DNA of 63,722 nt, counting the filler. It is 14 parts of 14 records of this genome, joined end to end, with 100 filler letters (N's around TTAATTAATTAA, not from the genome) between each part and the next. Parts side by side here need not be neighbours in the genome. Positions count along the whole stretch, not along the records: positions 34,246 to 38,160 come from SRR15195285_8252; positions 38,261 to 42,583 come from SRR15195285_8256; positions 42,684 to 46,024 come from SRR15195285_8259; positions 46,125 to 50,375 come from SRR15195285_8266; positions 50,476 to 55,145 come from SRR15195285_8267; 9 more parts are not named here. One strand, written 5' to 3'. Both the position numbers and the translations under genes were made by a program. The notes under the pieces are model-generated. The model saw only the letters and a program-made list of their open reading frames with translations, was not told the DNA's origin and ran no database searches. Of the stretch, positions 37,965 to 50,539 are shown piece after piece; the stretch's first letter is position 1; each line of letters starts with the position of its first letter.

Positions 37965-38737
37965 TCACTCCCCAGCCGCTTCCCTGCGACCAAGCAAACC
38001 AGCCGCCCTTGCAGTCATCCGTGGAGCTGGACAACGCCGTAGGGCGCCACAATGCTGCAGGGCGCCACAACGTAGCGGGGAGCCACCCCCGCTAAGGCCG
38101 CCAGCGTGACCTGGACGTCGTTGGATGATGACAGGCTGGGTCAGGATTCAATCCACAGGCNNNNNNNNNNNNNNNNNNNNNNNNNNNNNNNNNNNNNNNN
38201 NNNNTTAATTAATTAANNNNNNNNNNNNNNNNNNNNNNNNNNNNNNNNNNNNNNNNNNNNGAGCTAGTCGGACTTACAGCCAAAACTAGGGCACTCATCC
38301 GCGGTTTCTATGAGCTGCGCCTTGCTTCAGGTACTATAGGTTCTTTACAGTACCCGTACCGTACTGTATCCCCTTGCTTGGTCACTTGGTCTGCATGCAC
38401 CGCGACCTCAGAATCGCATTGTGATGGCCCCGCGCGCGGCGGGCATTATTCTGGTTCCTGGAGCGGTTAACGAAGAAGGGCCACGAAGCGCCGAGCTCGC
38501 TCTGGCGATGGACGGCTAGGCAGAGTTCGCTCTGGCGACGCACGCATAGTCACGTGTGTTCACACGTCTGTCTGCCGGGTAGAGCTGCCTCTATGGGTCT
38601 CGGTCTGATCAGATCGACTATCTGATTGGTTGTTGTGTGGGCGTGGCATCAAATCGGAGCCGTTAATTGTTTTGGCGTGTCTCCTGTGTGCGGCGCTCCA
38701 TCCGCTGCGCGCTGGGCCGCGGAGTCGGCAGCGCGCT

Positions 38738-41700
38738 ATGGTGACCTTGAGCGGGGAGCCGGGACCGGAACTAGAGCCGGAGCCAGATATTCTGGATGAA
38801 GCTGCAGCTCTTGGCGTGGGTGGGGAGGGAGCGCGGCTCCTGCTTCCTGGGAGTGTCACAAATGATGGCGCTGCTGGGTCAAATAATGGCGCTGCTGGGA
38901 CAGGGGTTAACCCGTCTCAGCGAAGGCCGCCCCTCCTGACTGAGCATGGCTCATACCTGCCAATTACCACGGACCAGCAGCCAGCTAAAAACCTATCGCT
39001 CCTCGCGCGGAAAACGTTGCGGGCCCGGCTCGCCTTCCTCAAAAAAGAGCCATCACTGTCGCACGCCGAGACGCACGCGAAGCACGAAGAAGAGCACAAG
39101 CGATGCAGTGGCGGGGGACCCCAGGGCGCGGGGCACCGTCTGGCGGCCCAGAGGCTCAAGGCACAGGGGAGTGGCGACTGGTGGAATCCGATCCTCAGCA
39201 GCGAGAAATATTACAGCGCAAAGGACGACCCGGCACAGGCCACGCAGCGGACTGACAGTGGTCGCTGTCAGGAGTGTAAGTTGCTGAATTGCATCGGCCA
39301 CTCCTGGGACAGCGCACTGGCCGAGCTGAAGACGCAGCTGGACCCGCGCCTACCACCACATGGGGTCGGCGCCAGGCAGGCCCGGGACAACCTACAGTAC
39401 CGCGATGCCGTGGGGGCGACGGTACTCCACGCGTGCATCCTGAGCTTTGGAGCCAGGAGGACCGAGGATCCGCGCTTATCGGAGCGTGCCTTTCATCTCA
39501 CCAAATGGCTGATCGAGAATTTCGGACCCGAACAGATGGGTACAGCCACAGATGGATACAAATGGCTGATCAAGAACCCCCAGAGCGAAGTGGATGACCA
39601 AGACCTGAAAGTGGACCTCGTCAATCGCTCATACTTCGTCGATTCTGAAAGTGTCGATGCACTATACAACGGCGAGACTGCCCTGCACATGGCGATCGTG
39701 TACGGCAGCGAGCCACTTGTGCGACTGCTGCTGGATTCCGGCGCCTCGCTGCTGGCGCGTGCCTACGGCTCGTTCTTCAAGCCCTCGGGAAGCTGCTACT
39801 TCGGCGAGCTCCCCCTCAACTTTGCAGTCAGCTGTGGCAATCTCCGCATCGCCTATCTCCTGATCGACCACGTGCGAACATCGCCGAGGCGGAATATGGC
39901 CAAGGCTTTCGCAAACCACGACGGAAAAATTACCCTCAGCCACCTTGCGGACAAAGTCGAAGCGATGAAGTCCTACCGTCACATGTTCCTTAAAGCACAG
40001 AAGCACTTAAGCACCAGGGAACATTTTGAGCATAAAGACGATTTCAAGCGTTGGATGGAAAAGCATGACAATCTGGTTGTTCAGCAGGATCGCGTTCGCC
40101 GGTTCACAAACCAAGTGGATTGTATCGGCAACAGCGCACTCCACATGGCTGTTATCCACAAGGAGGTTGAGATCTTTGACTGGCTGCTGGACAAGAGAAT
40201 CTGCACCGGTTGCCACGACTGGCCCCCGACGCAGGGACCGCTAAAACAGCTCTTTGACCCTGAACAGGAGAAGGACAGGTATTGGCGCTTGAGCTCTGAC
40301 CCGCGCGACCCGAACTCTGATAAAGGGCTGATAGGGGTGAAAGCTGAGATTCAACAACGGCATGAGCGGATGAAAGAAGAGGAGAAGCATATCTTTGAGC
40401 AGTTGCTGAAGGTGCAAGATAGCGACGTTCAGACGGTCATGGAGAGCCACGTTCAAGATAGCCGCGTTCAGACGGTCATGGAGAAAGTGTTTAAAGGAGA
40501 GGGGCTCGACAAGAAGACGGCCGAGATGAAGGCCAAAAAGTTGGTGGAAACGATCGACATCGAACGCAACGGCGAGATCAACACGCATCAATTCACAGAC
40601 TGGTGGTGGGGCGGTTGGTGGACAAGAGAATTCCTGAGGAAAGAAAATTCATCGGGGCTCTCGGCGCTGACCGTCGCAGCACTTGCCGGTGATGCAACCA
40701 TGTTCACGCATGTCTTGGAGGCCAGCCGCGTCCCCAAATGGACGTACGGCCCAGTGGCGTGCCATGAGATGCCATTGTCGCAGCTGGATACCCTGCGGGA
40801 CTTCGACCTGCCGGAATTTGTGCGCTGCCCGAGCGGCAGCCGTACAGAACGCTTACAGAAAGTGGAGCAGGATGGTTCTTTCGGGGTTGAGACAAAGGAG
40901 AAATGTGAAGTCCGGGTGCAAGATGCGGAAATTAAAGAGCGCTCAGCGATGCTGATTGTGCTGAGTGAAAAGCTAGAATCGATTGCAGACAACGTCACGC
41001 TGGTAGAGCTCCAGGACCGCAAGTGGGCGAAGTTTGGACGGCTCTATTTTTTCTGGTCGCTAATCTTGTACCTGGGGTATATAGCGGTGCTCTGGGTCCT
41101 CACCATTGAGTTTGTCAATTTTACGGAGTACGAAGAGAGGCCTATGGCTCAGGAACTCCTGCCGGATGCATCCGAAACGACGATTGCCACCGGCCGGAGT
41201 GACGTTCTGCCTACAAACCTCAAGGTGTTTGAGTGGGTTGTTTTTGCCTGCACCGTGGTCCAGGCTCTTCTCATTGGATTCGACTGGTGGGGGGTTCATC
41301 GTGCGCAGAAGACGCAGAAAGAAACGATCGAGAACGCACGAGAGAGTGTTAGAAAAAGAATCGATCGCAGCTTGACGCAGAGGATTGAATCCAAAGATGA
41401 TGGATTCTATCCTCTGTGTGGTTCATCTGTGTGGTTCGCGGATGGGCAGATGTCGAGCACTGACTCGGAGATCGAGGCTAAACATGAGTTCTACCATGAG
41501 AACGAACAAAAAAAAGCGTACGAAGCCATCCGCAAGTCGTGGTCACCAGAACCACAGGCGACCAACATTTGTGCCCTACCAAGTTTGCTACTGGCCATAG
41601 TCACGTGCAAAAAGGCAAAACCTATATCTGAGGAGAGGAAGTATATCGGGCCTGCTGACTTCACCCAGCGCATCGAATTGAAGCACACGTTCTACCAACG

Positions 41701-42583
41701 GCTCACGATGGTGCGGACGGTCTTCTGCGCGTTGCACTTCTGGCATGTGATGTTCAACGACGGCAACGAGGGCAGCGATTGGTGGGCGAGGATGTTCTTG
41801 GCAATCTACGCGCTGCTCGCACACTGGCAGATCTTTGAATTTGCGTGTGGCCACCACGGGAGCGGTCACCTCATGATAGTGATCGCCCGAGCTTTCAAAA
41901 AGAACATCTCGACGTTTATGGCTGTGCTCTCTGTGTATGTGCTCGGTGCTAGCCAGGCGCTCTACGTCTTGGACATCGACGTTGCCGCGGACCGAGATGG
42001 CTCGCCGGCTGCACGGATCATCAAGAGCTGGTTGGCGCTGTTCCGCGTCGCAACCGGTGAGAAGCCGTCGTGGGGCAAACATGACCAAGACTGGAATGAG
42101 GACGGCGAAGCATTGAGTAGGGGAAAGATAACGTTCGAGCAGCTTTTAGTCTACGCTATCTACGTGCTCTTTGTGATCATGGTTTTCATCATCCTGCTTC
42201 GGCTTTTGATCTCCATGTTTAACGAAACCTACGGCGAGGTCAAAAAGAACCGTGACCAGATCTTTCGCCTTCAGCGTGGGGTGTTCATCTTGACGGCCGA
42301 GCGCCGGCTTTGCACGATTGCGTGGATGCTGCAACGTGTGCCCTCCAGCTGCGGGTGCTGCGCTGATAAATATCATGGGGTATCAGTGAAAACAAGCATC
42401 GGCCAGCGTTTGCTGTGCTATATGTGGCTAGGAGAGACAGTGCAGGTGGTGGACGACAAGTGGCACGACAAGAACGACGGAATCCCCCGGACACTCACAA
42501 AGGATGATCTTGAGAACGACGCGATCCACGCAGTTGCGAGTGACTCTGAAATCGACGCGATCCTGACGACCGAAGAACATCAG
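38738..42583 (+). CDS. TRPV-like cation channel with ankyrin repeats, 3' truncated
   Basis: GETALHMAI, ARAYGSFF, YFGELPLNFAV, GNSALHMAV, WTYGPV, KWAKFG, six TM-like helices and LLISMFNETY. Confidence 0.92.
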
Positions 42584-42683
42584 NNNNNNNNNNNNNNNNN
42601 NNNNNNNNNNNNNNNNNNNNNNNNNNNTTAATTAATTAANNNNNNNNNNNNNNNNNNNNNNNNNNNNNNNNNNNNNNNNNNNN

Positions 42684-42711
42684 CGGGCATAAGGCCTTAT
42701 GCCCGGTGTCA
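42684..42711. repeat. Dispersed 34-bp palindrome, copy 3 (cut by contig start)
   Basis: CGGGCATAAGGCCTTATGCCCGGTGTCA. Confidence 0.9.
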
Positions 42712-43114
42712 CCGAACTCGCATCTTTTTCGGAACTATCGACCCAAAATACACGATGAATGAACATAAACCATCATAATGAACATTTCTTTAATGATCGA
42801 GTTGGGCGCGGCGACACGAGGTATGTTTAATGTAGAAGTAGTATCCTCAAACAACCTAAACTACGCGTGCCCGGCACCCTTCTAAATAACCTCATGTACC
42901 TGGGCTCCAGGTGGCCTTTCACATCGCGCGACAAGGGCCGCCTGTCCTGGCCTTGGCGATGGTGATGGAGACCGATCGGCTCGCTTGCGCTTATTCTGGC
43001 TGGTGGCAGCACGAAGCTTCAGCATTCGAAGGTGTACGGTGTGGCACGTCTGCCACACGAAACATCATTGCGGCCGTAGCGTGGCATCCTCACATCCATG
43101 TTTCATTTGCCCCT

Positions 43115-45675
43115 CTACGGGTCTCCTTCTACCACAGTTGGCACAGGGGGTAGCGGTGGAGGTGGCAGGTGCTTTGTGGACGCCTGGTGATGATGGTAGG
43201 TTGCGCCTTGCAGATTCCATAGCTGAACAAACTGGCCTAGTTCTTTCCAGTCGGAGCCAAAACGGTCGTTATCAACCCATACCATGGTATCAGACTGGAT
43301 CGTGCCTGATTTGAAAAGGCCAGGGAGTTGTTTGAAGTACGCCCATGTCTCATTGTTGTCGTAGTAAACCACATTGTCGGCTTCGAACACCGCGCCAACA
43401 TTTGCACCAGTAGAAGCTTCAGCATTCGAAGGTGTACGTTCAACAGCTGCGACTGAAGTAGCCGCAGTTGGTGGATGCTGGAAATGGTGGCGCGTTTCTG
43501 CTGGTTGTGGCTGATACTCTTTGTTGGCCGCGGCAATATCCATGTTTCGTTGACCTAGCGCAGAGCTACAACCGGCAATGATGATAGTTAGAGGGCACAC
43601 AACATTTCAAACACAGTCTGTAGTCATCATGGGGGTACCGGATGCCACAGACCACCCAAGCGAGAATGATGTTGATCAGCAGGCCCAAGAAAACGAGCGC
43701 AATCAACCATCCTGGCACGGTTTCGGTGCTTCCTGACGAGCCCGTTGCAGACCCATCTCCTTCACGGGTGATTTCGTTGCTGCTAGACGAGCCCGTTGCA
43801 GACCCATCTCCTTCAATTCCGCCACTCCCCTGAGAACCATCCGAGCCGCTCCCATGGGAATCATCCGAGCCAGACAGAGGTCTATAGTCTTCTTGCGATC
43901 TGACCCAGCTCTTCAGCGCCTCCAACGAGCCAGTGAAATCATCAAACATCGGTTGCGATGCAATGCTTGCAAGATCAGTGGCAGAGTCGAGGCTGGCTTT
44001 GAGCACAGCCTCCAGAAGTGTAGCATCTTGTGCCGAAAAAAAGTTCGACGCTACGGAGAGTGATGGTGGATTGAGCTCAGAGTCGTAATGGGCGAGCATT
44101 CGCAGCTCTGGACTGCCTGGGCCTGACAGCGGGTTGATGATGAAATGAACCGAACCAATAGGCACTAGCACCAGGTCATGTGCCTGGATGACGTCGACTG
44201 CCATCTTGTTGTCCCAAGTCCACTGTGCAACAACTGCTTCGCCTTCTAGAACATGGTACACGATATTTGCTGTAGCACAAACCGTTGGGCGCATCATCGT
44301 CAGCGGCCGCCTGCGGATAACATGGCAGCACGTTGATGAGTACATGACTCCACGCCACCACCATATGAGCACAGAGAAGAGGCGAGGACATTCACATTTG
44401 TACATATCCTAGCGTTAGCGCCGCCCTCTGATTTCTCCATGTGTTGTGAGACCCAAATGGTGCGTTGGTGAAGCTAATTCGCCCAGGCGTCTGGAGATCC
44501 GCATCAAAATCAAATGTTGTGTCATATAGATCGTTGTCGGATACAATTGCCGAATGCTTAGCCATATCGGCGGAACAGTTCTGTATGTAGCGTGGCGAGT
44601 CCTTTCGAAGATTCTGATCTGGCCCTGCAAGTCGATCGCACTGAGAAGGAACACTTTGTTGTACAGAGTGTTGACGTTGGGGAATGACAAGTGGATTACT
44701 GGCGCAAGCAGAGACACCACGACGCACTGATAGTTAGCTCCACAGCAGCGGTCTCCGAAAGCCCGGGGTAAAATGTCCTAGCGAGGTCCTCGTCGATGTA
44801 GCCTGCATGAATCAGAAACGGTCAATTAGAACAACAGTCAGATCTGACGTTGTCGTTGTGCACATCCAACTCTGCATCACACACCGATCCACTTCCACAT
44901 TGATTCCGCCCCCACTTCGGAGCAGGTGAACGCAATCTCGAACTGCCTGTGCATGCACCAAACCTATGAGATCGTGAAGTACTTCCGCGCACGCCTGCGG
45001 TCACACGGCGTACCAGGTTCCGTTCGGATCAAGGTTGCGGTAGTAGTGCTGCGACCCTTGCTGCATCACCCATGTGTCGCCTGGGTGGAGCACTCGGCTC
45101 CACTGAAAACGAGGGGCGGATGGACAAACAGTCAGAAGAGCATACGATGGTAGTCCGTTGAGCAGGTTGCAGACTGCCAGTAAAAGGCGTATACCTGAGT
45201 GGTGCCGTCTGGGCGGATCTGGCCGTATGCCCCGTAGCCGGAGACGGTGGTCATGACCTCGAAGCAGTTAGGATGATTGTGGAACGGGATCACGCCGCAC
45301 CCATCGTCACCATTCGCCCCGAGTGTAATCACCTGTGTTCAGTGGCACGAGGGTCAGAGGCTCACAGTTGTGGTGTGACGGTGTGGGCTGCACTGAGCCG
45401 CCCCAGTGACTCACGCCGACTGCCAAGTGGATTCCAGTTAGTGCCGCCCAGCTGGAGGTGGAGAACAGCGCCTGCAGGACTGCCGGGCCTTCGAAAGATC
45501 CCTGTGCGGCTGTCACGTTCGCTCCGTCGAGGACGGCGTTGCGTACGTGGTGCGTGATCAGGTCGCTCGACGGCGGCGCCTCGTCTCCCATCCACTCGCC
45601 GTACTCCGCCTGCACGCCATTGCCCAGGCCTACCATCGCCACCACTACTACACCGTGGCGTAAGCACGCCACCAT
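43115..45675 (-). CDS. Germin/oxalate-decarboxylase-like bicupin with TM anchor and cytoplasmic GYF_2-like domain; spliced, with an apparent frameshift near 43600
   Basis: Signal MVACLRHGVVVVAMVGLG. Germin box GVIPFHNHPNCFEV and second cupin DLVLVPIGSVHFIIN. TM WLIALVFLGLLINIILAWVV, then GTIQSDTMVW...DWKEL. Confidence 0.65.
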
Positions 45676-46462
45676 ATCGACAGCGCCACAGCCCCCTGTC
45701 CTCAGCTGACTCGCCTTCTGCGGGTGCGTCGAGAGCGCACTATGCGTAGCAGGGGCAGGGCACGGCACCCGAGCACCCAGCATAAGCAGAGCCGTCTGCG
45801 TCGCGCGCGGTGGCGCCGGCGGTGGGCGCGACCGGCGCGCGCACGCGCGCGCGGGCCGCGCGCGGCGGCGTTGGCGCGTGGTGCAGAATACGAATTATTG
45901 CGGGCCCGCGGCGGCCCCGCACCACTGATGCGCGTCTCACCGCGGGGCGCGGGGGGTCAAAGTGTGAGTCACTGGAAGGGTTTCAGGATCATATGAATTC
46001 GAGGAATGCAAAAGCCCAGTACTCNNNNNNNNNNNNNNNNNNNNNNNNNNNNNNNNNNNNNNNNNNNNTTAATTAATTAANNNNNNNNNNNNNNNNNNNN
46101 NNNNNNNNNNNNNNNNNNNNNNNNACAGAGCCCACCGGAGAGGTGACTTAAGGAGAAAGGAGGTAGGAAGATGAGACCACACAACTAGAGTGTGCGGCTG
46201 AGTCAAAGAGAGTAAAGAGACCACAGGGGCGGCTAGGAGCGCGCCCCCGGTCGCAAAACAACTCTAGACATGTAGCCCCATCGACCCGCCATCGCAGCTC
46301 CTTAGCCCGATACATGTACCGTAAAGCCGATCAAAGTCAAACGCCGGAGTGTATTATTCGAATTATAAATACACCTGTATGGATAAGCAGCGCATAATTG
46401 GACTTCTGTACTGTCCAATTTCGAACTCAAGCATCGTTGTCGGCAATTCCGCTGACACCACG

Positions 46463-49400
46463 CTACGCGAGGAGAGCTTCGATAGGCACAGTGGCGTGGG
46501 CGACAGTCTTCATCACCAGCTCCAATAGCCCGGCAGCCGTCACAGTTTGGGCCGGGGCGGTGTCGCACTTGGTCGGAGAGGGCGCGGCCACCTCGGGTTG
46601 AGCGAAGTGGCTGGCGCCCGTGGAAGAGTTGGCTTCGCGCTCGAGGGTCAAGAAGCTGTTGCCCGACAAGCCCCCAAGCGTTGACGGCCCACACACTTTG
46701 TTCCCAGTGTTCACCTGGATATTGTTGCTGTAAATATCAGTGTCGAATCCAGAGATCTGGAACTTGGGCGTTGCTGCAATCATGAGGTTGTTCGACATAT
46801 TGCGATTTGTACCATCACGGTATTTGTATCCACCTTGGTAGACAAGATTGGAGAAATCGTGGAAGTTGGTGGACCCATCATCATGATCCTAGAGGCACGA
46901 TGCACAGGACAATCACGATGAATGGCGGGGCAGAACTGTGACGACTTGCTAAAACATGCGCACCATATTCCAGCCAGCAGGACCGATGAACATGTTGTGC
47001 TGAGTACGAATCATCTTTGGCATGAGACAGTTACCACTCAGCGTGCTCCCAGAGAGCGCACAGTCAAAGAACCACTCACGTCTGTCCCTGAGCATGCATC
47101 GGCGCGGTTACATTAACGTAGCTCGTGAATCACACGGTCTGGTGGTCGGCAGCCGTACCATGAATTAAACGTTCCGTGATCTGAACGCATCCAGACGGGT
47201 TCAGTGCCACAATCATGTTAGAATGTGCCAGACTGTGTACGCTTGGTACTGCACCAAAATAGTGAGCGCACCTCCCGTTTCCCGAACCATATTCCAAATC
47301 ACGTTGCCCTCCACGAGATCGCCTCCCATGAAACCATCGTTCCAGTTCAAGCCGGCCTGAATTCATTGTAGAACCAGTTTAACTGTTGTACAAAATGTTG
47401 TAAATGGTTGGCACTGAGAGTAGAAGCGCCGGCTCACACGGGGGCCGTTGAAGCACATATTGTCTCGAATGATGTTAGAGTATGTCATCGCCTTGAAATA
47501 GCAGCTCGTTTGCTTCATGTTGACGCCAACAGTGTCGATATAATTGCGCTCGATCGCGTTCATGTGGGGATACTCTGAAGCTGTGGCATTGGTGAGCTTG
47601 GTCGAGCCAACAGCAACGATGGCTGAGTCGCCGGTGCGCCAGAAGTCACAGTCGACCACGGACGAGCCTTTGACGTAATTTGAGAGAGTTACAGCATTTC
47701 CCTCCTGATTCGACACAAGTGGGACCACGGCCAGTATGAGACAGACGAGGACACAAACGCACAAACCGCGTCCGCAAAGGTCCACAGAGATGCAACAAGA
47801 GAGGTTGCTCACAAGCTGATCGAACTTTATGTTGGTCAGGGAAATGTTATCAGCTCCATGAAGAAACACTGCCCCGCCGCGGTGGACCGACCACTGTTCG
47901 TGGACAACGAAGGTCAGGCACACGAACGGACGCATGCGATTAGACAGGTGCATTGTCTAGTCAGTAAGAGTGCCGTTGCTCACGTCGCCGCCTGAGGGTG
48001 CTTCATAGGACTCGAGGAACGTCTGCGCCGCACCCGTGAGGTTAAACCCACTCATACTCACACCGACAACTGGCGCAATAGCAGTGCCACGGAACTCCAC
48101 AAGCTTCTTCAAGTATGGTGCCTCGACCCGCGCCGCTTGCAGCTGCGTCAGAGTCGTACCAACGGGAGGGACTAGAGAAAGCAACCCACTCTGGCTCAGG
48201 AACCATTCCCCAGGGCTGTCGAGCTCCTCTTCAATGCCTTCGACGTCTGCGTGCACAGCAACATACACCGACGGCTCAACAGTTGAGTTGCTGATTGACT
48301 CTGTTCATCAATCGCGCGCAAACACTCACACATCGCCCCACATCCTTTGTTGCCTCGTGCCTCCTGAAATCCACCCTTTGTAAAATTCATCACCTCGTTT
48401 TGTACCGACTTGACTTCTGTGGCATTCGCAGAAACACGACGGATTGTAGTTAGTCCAAGTGATCCAGCCAAAACAAATGTTTCTGGCTGAACAAGGCCCT
48501 TTCTGGCGAGCGTCTAGTGACTCACCAAACGCCCAGCCGCCCCAGCCTGCTGGGTGCAACATCCGCACTACAGCTCCCTTCGGAGACTTCCATTTAGCTG
48601 AGCGTGCTCCAATTGCTTTGCTCAGCTTGATCGCAGAAGGAGCTGTCGTGGCCCAGAAGGGATGGTTGTATGTCTCATTGAAGCGAGTGTTGTAATAGGA
48701 GGGATTGTTGCCTGTAGTTTCGCCCTCTCGCGGAGCGGTACGATCGGCAATTACCACCGTTCGATTGGCGTCGGGCGGAAACACCGAACCCTGCGAAATG
48801 TGTGCCCCGGATTTCGACACCATTTGAAGGTTAGTCGGATACTCCTTGATGCCACTGATATCGAACCAATCGACAGCCTTGCAGCCCGCTTCGTAACCGT
48901 CTTTGACGGCAAGAGGGTCACCATTTGGAAACCTCGCTTTCTGCTGGCGTAGCCCGTTCAAAAAGAGGGAATCGAATTGCGTCCCCGCTGGTAGCTGGCA
49001 AGTGTAAGCTGCAGCACTGCCTGTGTGACCACCGGCCTGCTTCCACTTGCCCATACAGGCAGCACTGAGCGAGACCGCTCCGCTTACGACAACATCGTTG
49101 CTGGGTGTAGGCGAGGGCGGCGCCGAGGCAGCTGCGCCAACCCAGCTCACATGTGAGTCCTCCGGCGTCAGCGTCAGCGTTTCAGTGAGGTAGTGCGTCG
49201 CTCCGGGCAGCAAATGAACGGTCGCGCCAGCTACGCCACGGGCTGCTATCTGAGCTTTGTGCAAGGTTTTGAACGCAGAGGCCGCAGAAGTACCAGTGGC
49301 GGAGTCGCTGCCTTTGCCAGCATCGACGTAGAAGTTTGACTCGCCGTCGGTCATCCACGCACGCGGCGGCTGCGCCGTGCTGGCCACAGCTTCAGTCGAA

Positions 49401-49936
49401 CGGAGCTCGGTAGCTGGAGGGCAGCCGGTAAAGTCCAGGGCGTTGGAAATGAGGTCAGCGTGCCGTGGCGGTGACAGGGCTTTCTGCGAATACGCCAGCG
49501 CTGCCCGCTTGACGATGCATCCCGCCGGGTCGATCTTCGGCGGACTCGGTGGGCCTGGCGGGCCGGACGAACACTTGCAGGGCGCCAGGCCATTGCAGGC
49601 GGAAATGTGGCCGCCTTGACGCAGCGCAGTCCCAGCCCAGGCATCTGCTGTCTCCAGAACACACGTATGCGCCCACTCGCCGGCGCTTGCATCGTGCCAC
49701 GTGACGCCCGCGCAGTTGCCCTTGGGCAGTGCCGCGTCGCACTTGGCTTCGCACGCGGCGAGGCTGTCCGTCTTGTGCACGTTCGTGTAACCGGTGCCGG
49801 GCTTGCAAGGCGCATTGGGGCTGTTGCAGTCGCCAGCCTTGATGTGGTTCTCACCCTGGCACTCAGTGTACTTGGCTGTGGCCAGCGCAAGCCCCAGGGC
49901 CGCCTGGAGCAGCCGGATGCCCGTGGCGACACGCAT
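46463..49936 (-). CDS. Secreted right-handed beta-helix protein (pectin-lyase fold, probable glycanase) with PAN/apple-like domain; spliced
   Basis: Signal peptide, and PAN-like SLAACEAKC...CAGVTW...C. Also FYVDAGKGSD, AFKTLHKAQ, KARFPN, GGFQEARG, EELDSPGEWF, PSGGDW, FNGPR and DHDDGS in successive exons. Confidence 0.8.
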
Positions 49937-50539
49937 TGTCGGGCGATCTACGTATCTCCTCGCTATCTCATGCAGCTGCATCCTGCATGCGCGGCGGCGC
50001 CCATGCGCATGGCGGCGCGCGGTGGCGGTGGCGGCGGCCGCCCCCGCGAGCGGCCATGCGCGCGCAAATGGGCGGGACTCGCTCGGCCTCGCGGGTGAGT
50101 CGCGGTGAGTCCGGGCGCGCATCACCATCAGGCAGAGTCGAGTGCAATGCAAAAATGTTCCGAAGTGGCCTCGAGTTGGCCATCAGCGTTCTCGTTCCGG
50201 ATTCGTCCCGTCCGGCGTGAGATCAGGAGTTTCCAATCCAATCCACTGTTGTTGCCCGAGCATTTCTCAACGAGCATTTGCGATTTGGAATCCTGACGCT
50301 GTACGTGTACTATAGAGACTTGACGACTTCAACCCGTGGAACGCGTGTAGATATGTAACGCCGGCAAAGGATAAANNNNNNNNNNNNNNNNNNNNNNNNN
50401 NNNNNNNNNNNNNNNNNNNTTAATTAATTAANNNNNNNNNNNNNNNNNNNNNNNNNNNNNNNNNNNNNNNNNNNNCTCCCAGTCAAGTCAGCTCGGCCGG
50501 TGGCGGACTCGCTGAGAATCGACGTTGGTCCGTCACGCG

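Noticed and set aside
34119-42711. Joining the contig ending at 34145 to the one starting at 42684 via their 21-nt overlap
   Set aside because: The overlap is the multi-copy palindrome itself, so adjacency cannot be inferred.
45800-45960. CG-dinucleotide-rich tract as a structured RNA
   Set aside because: Similar (CG)n-rich stretches lie upstream of several genes (e.g. ~30115, ~55035), so it is more simply promoter-proximal low complexity.
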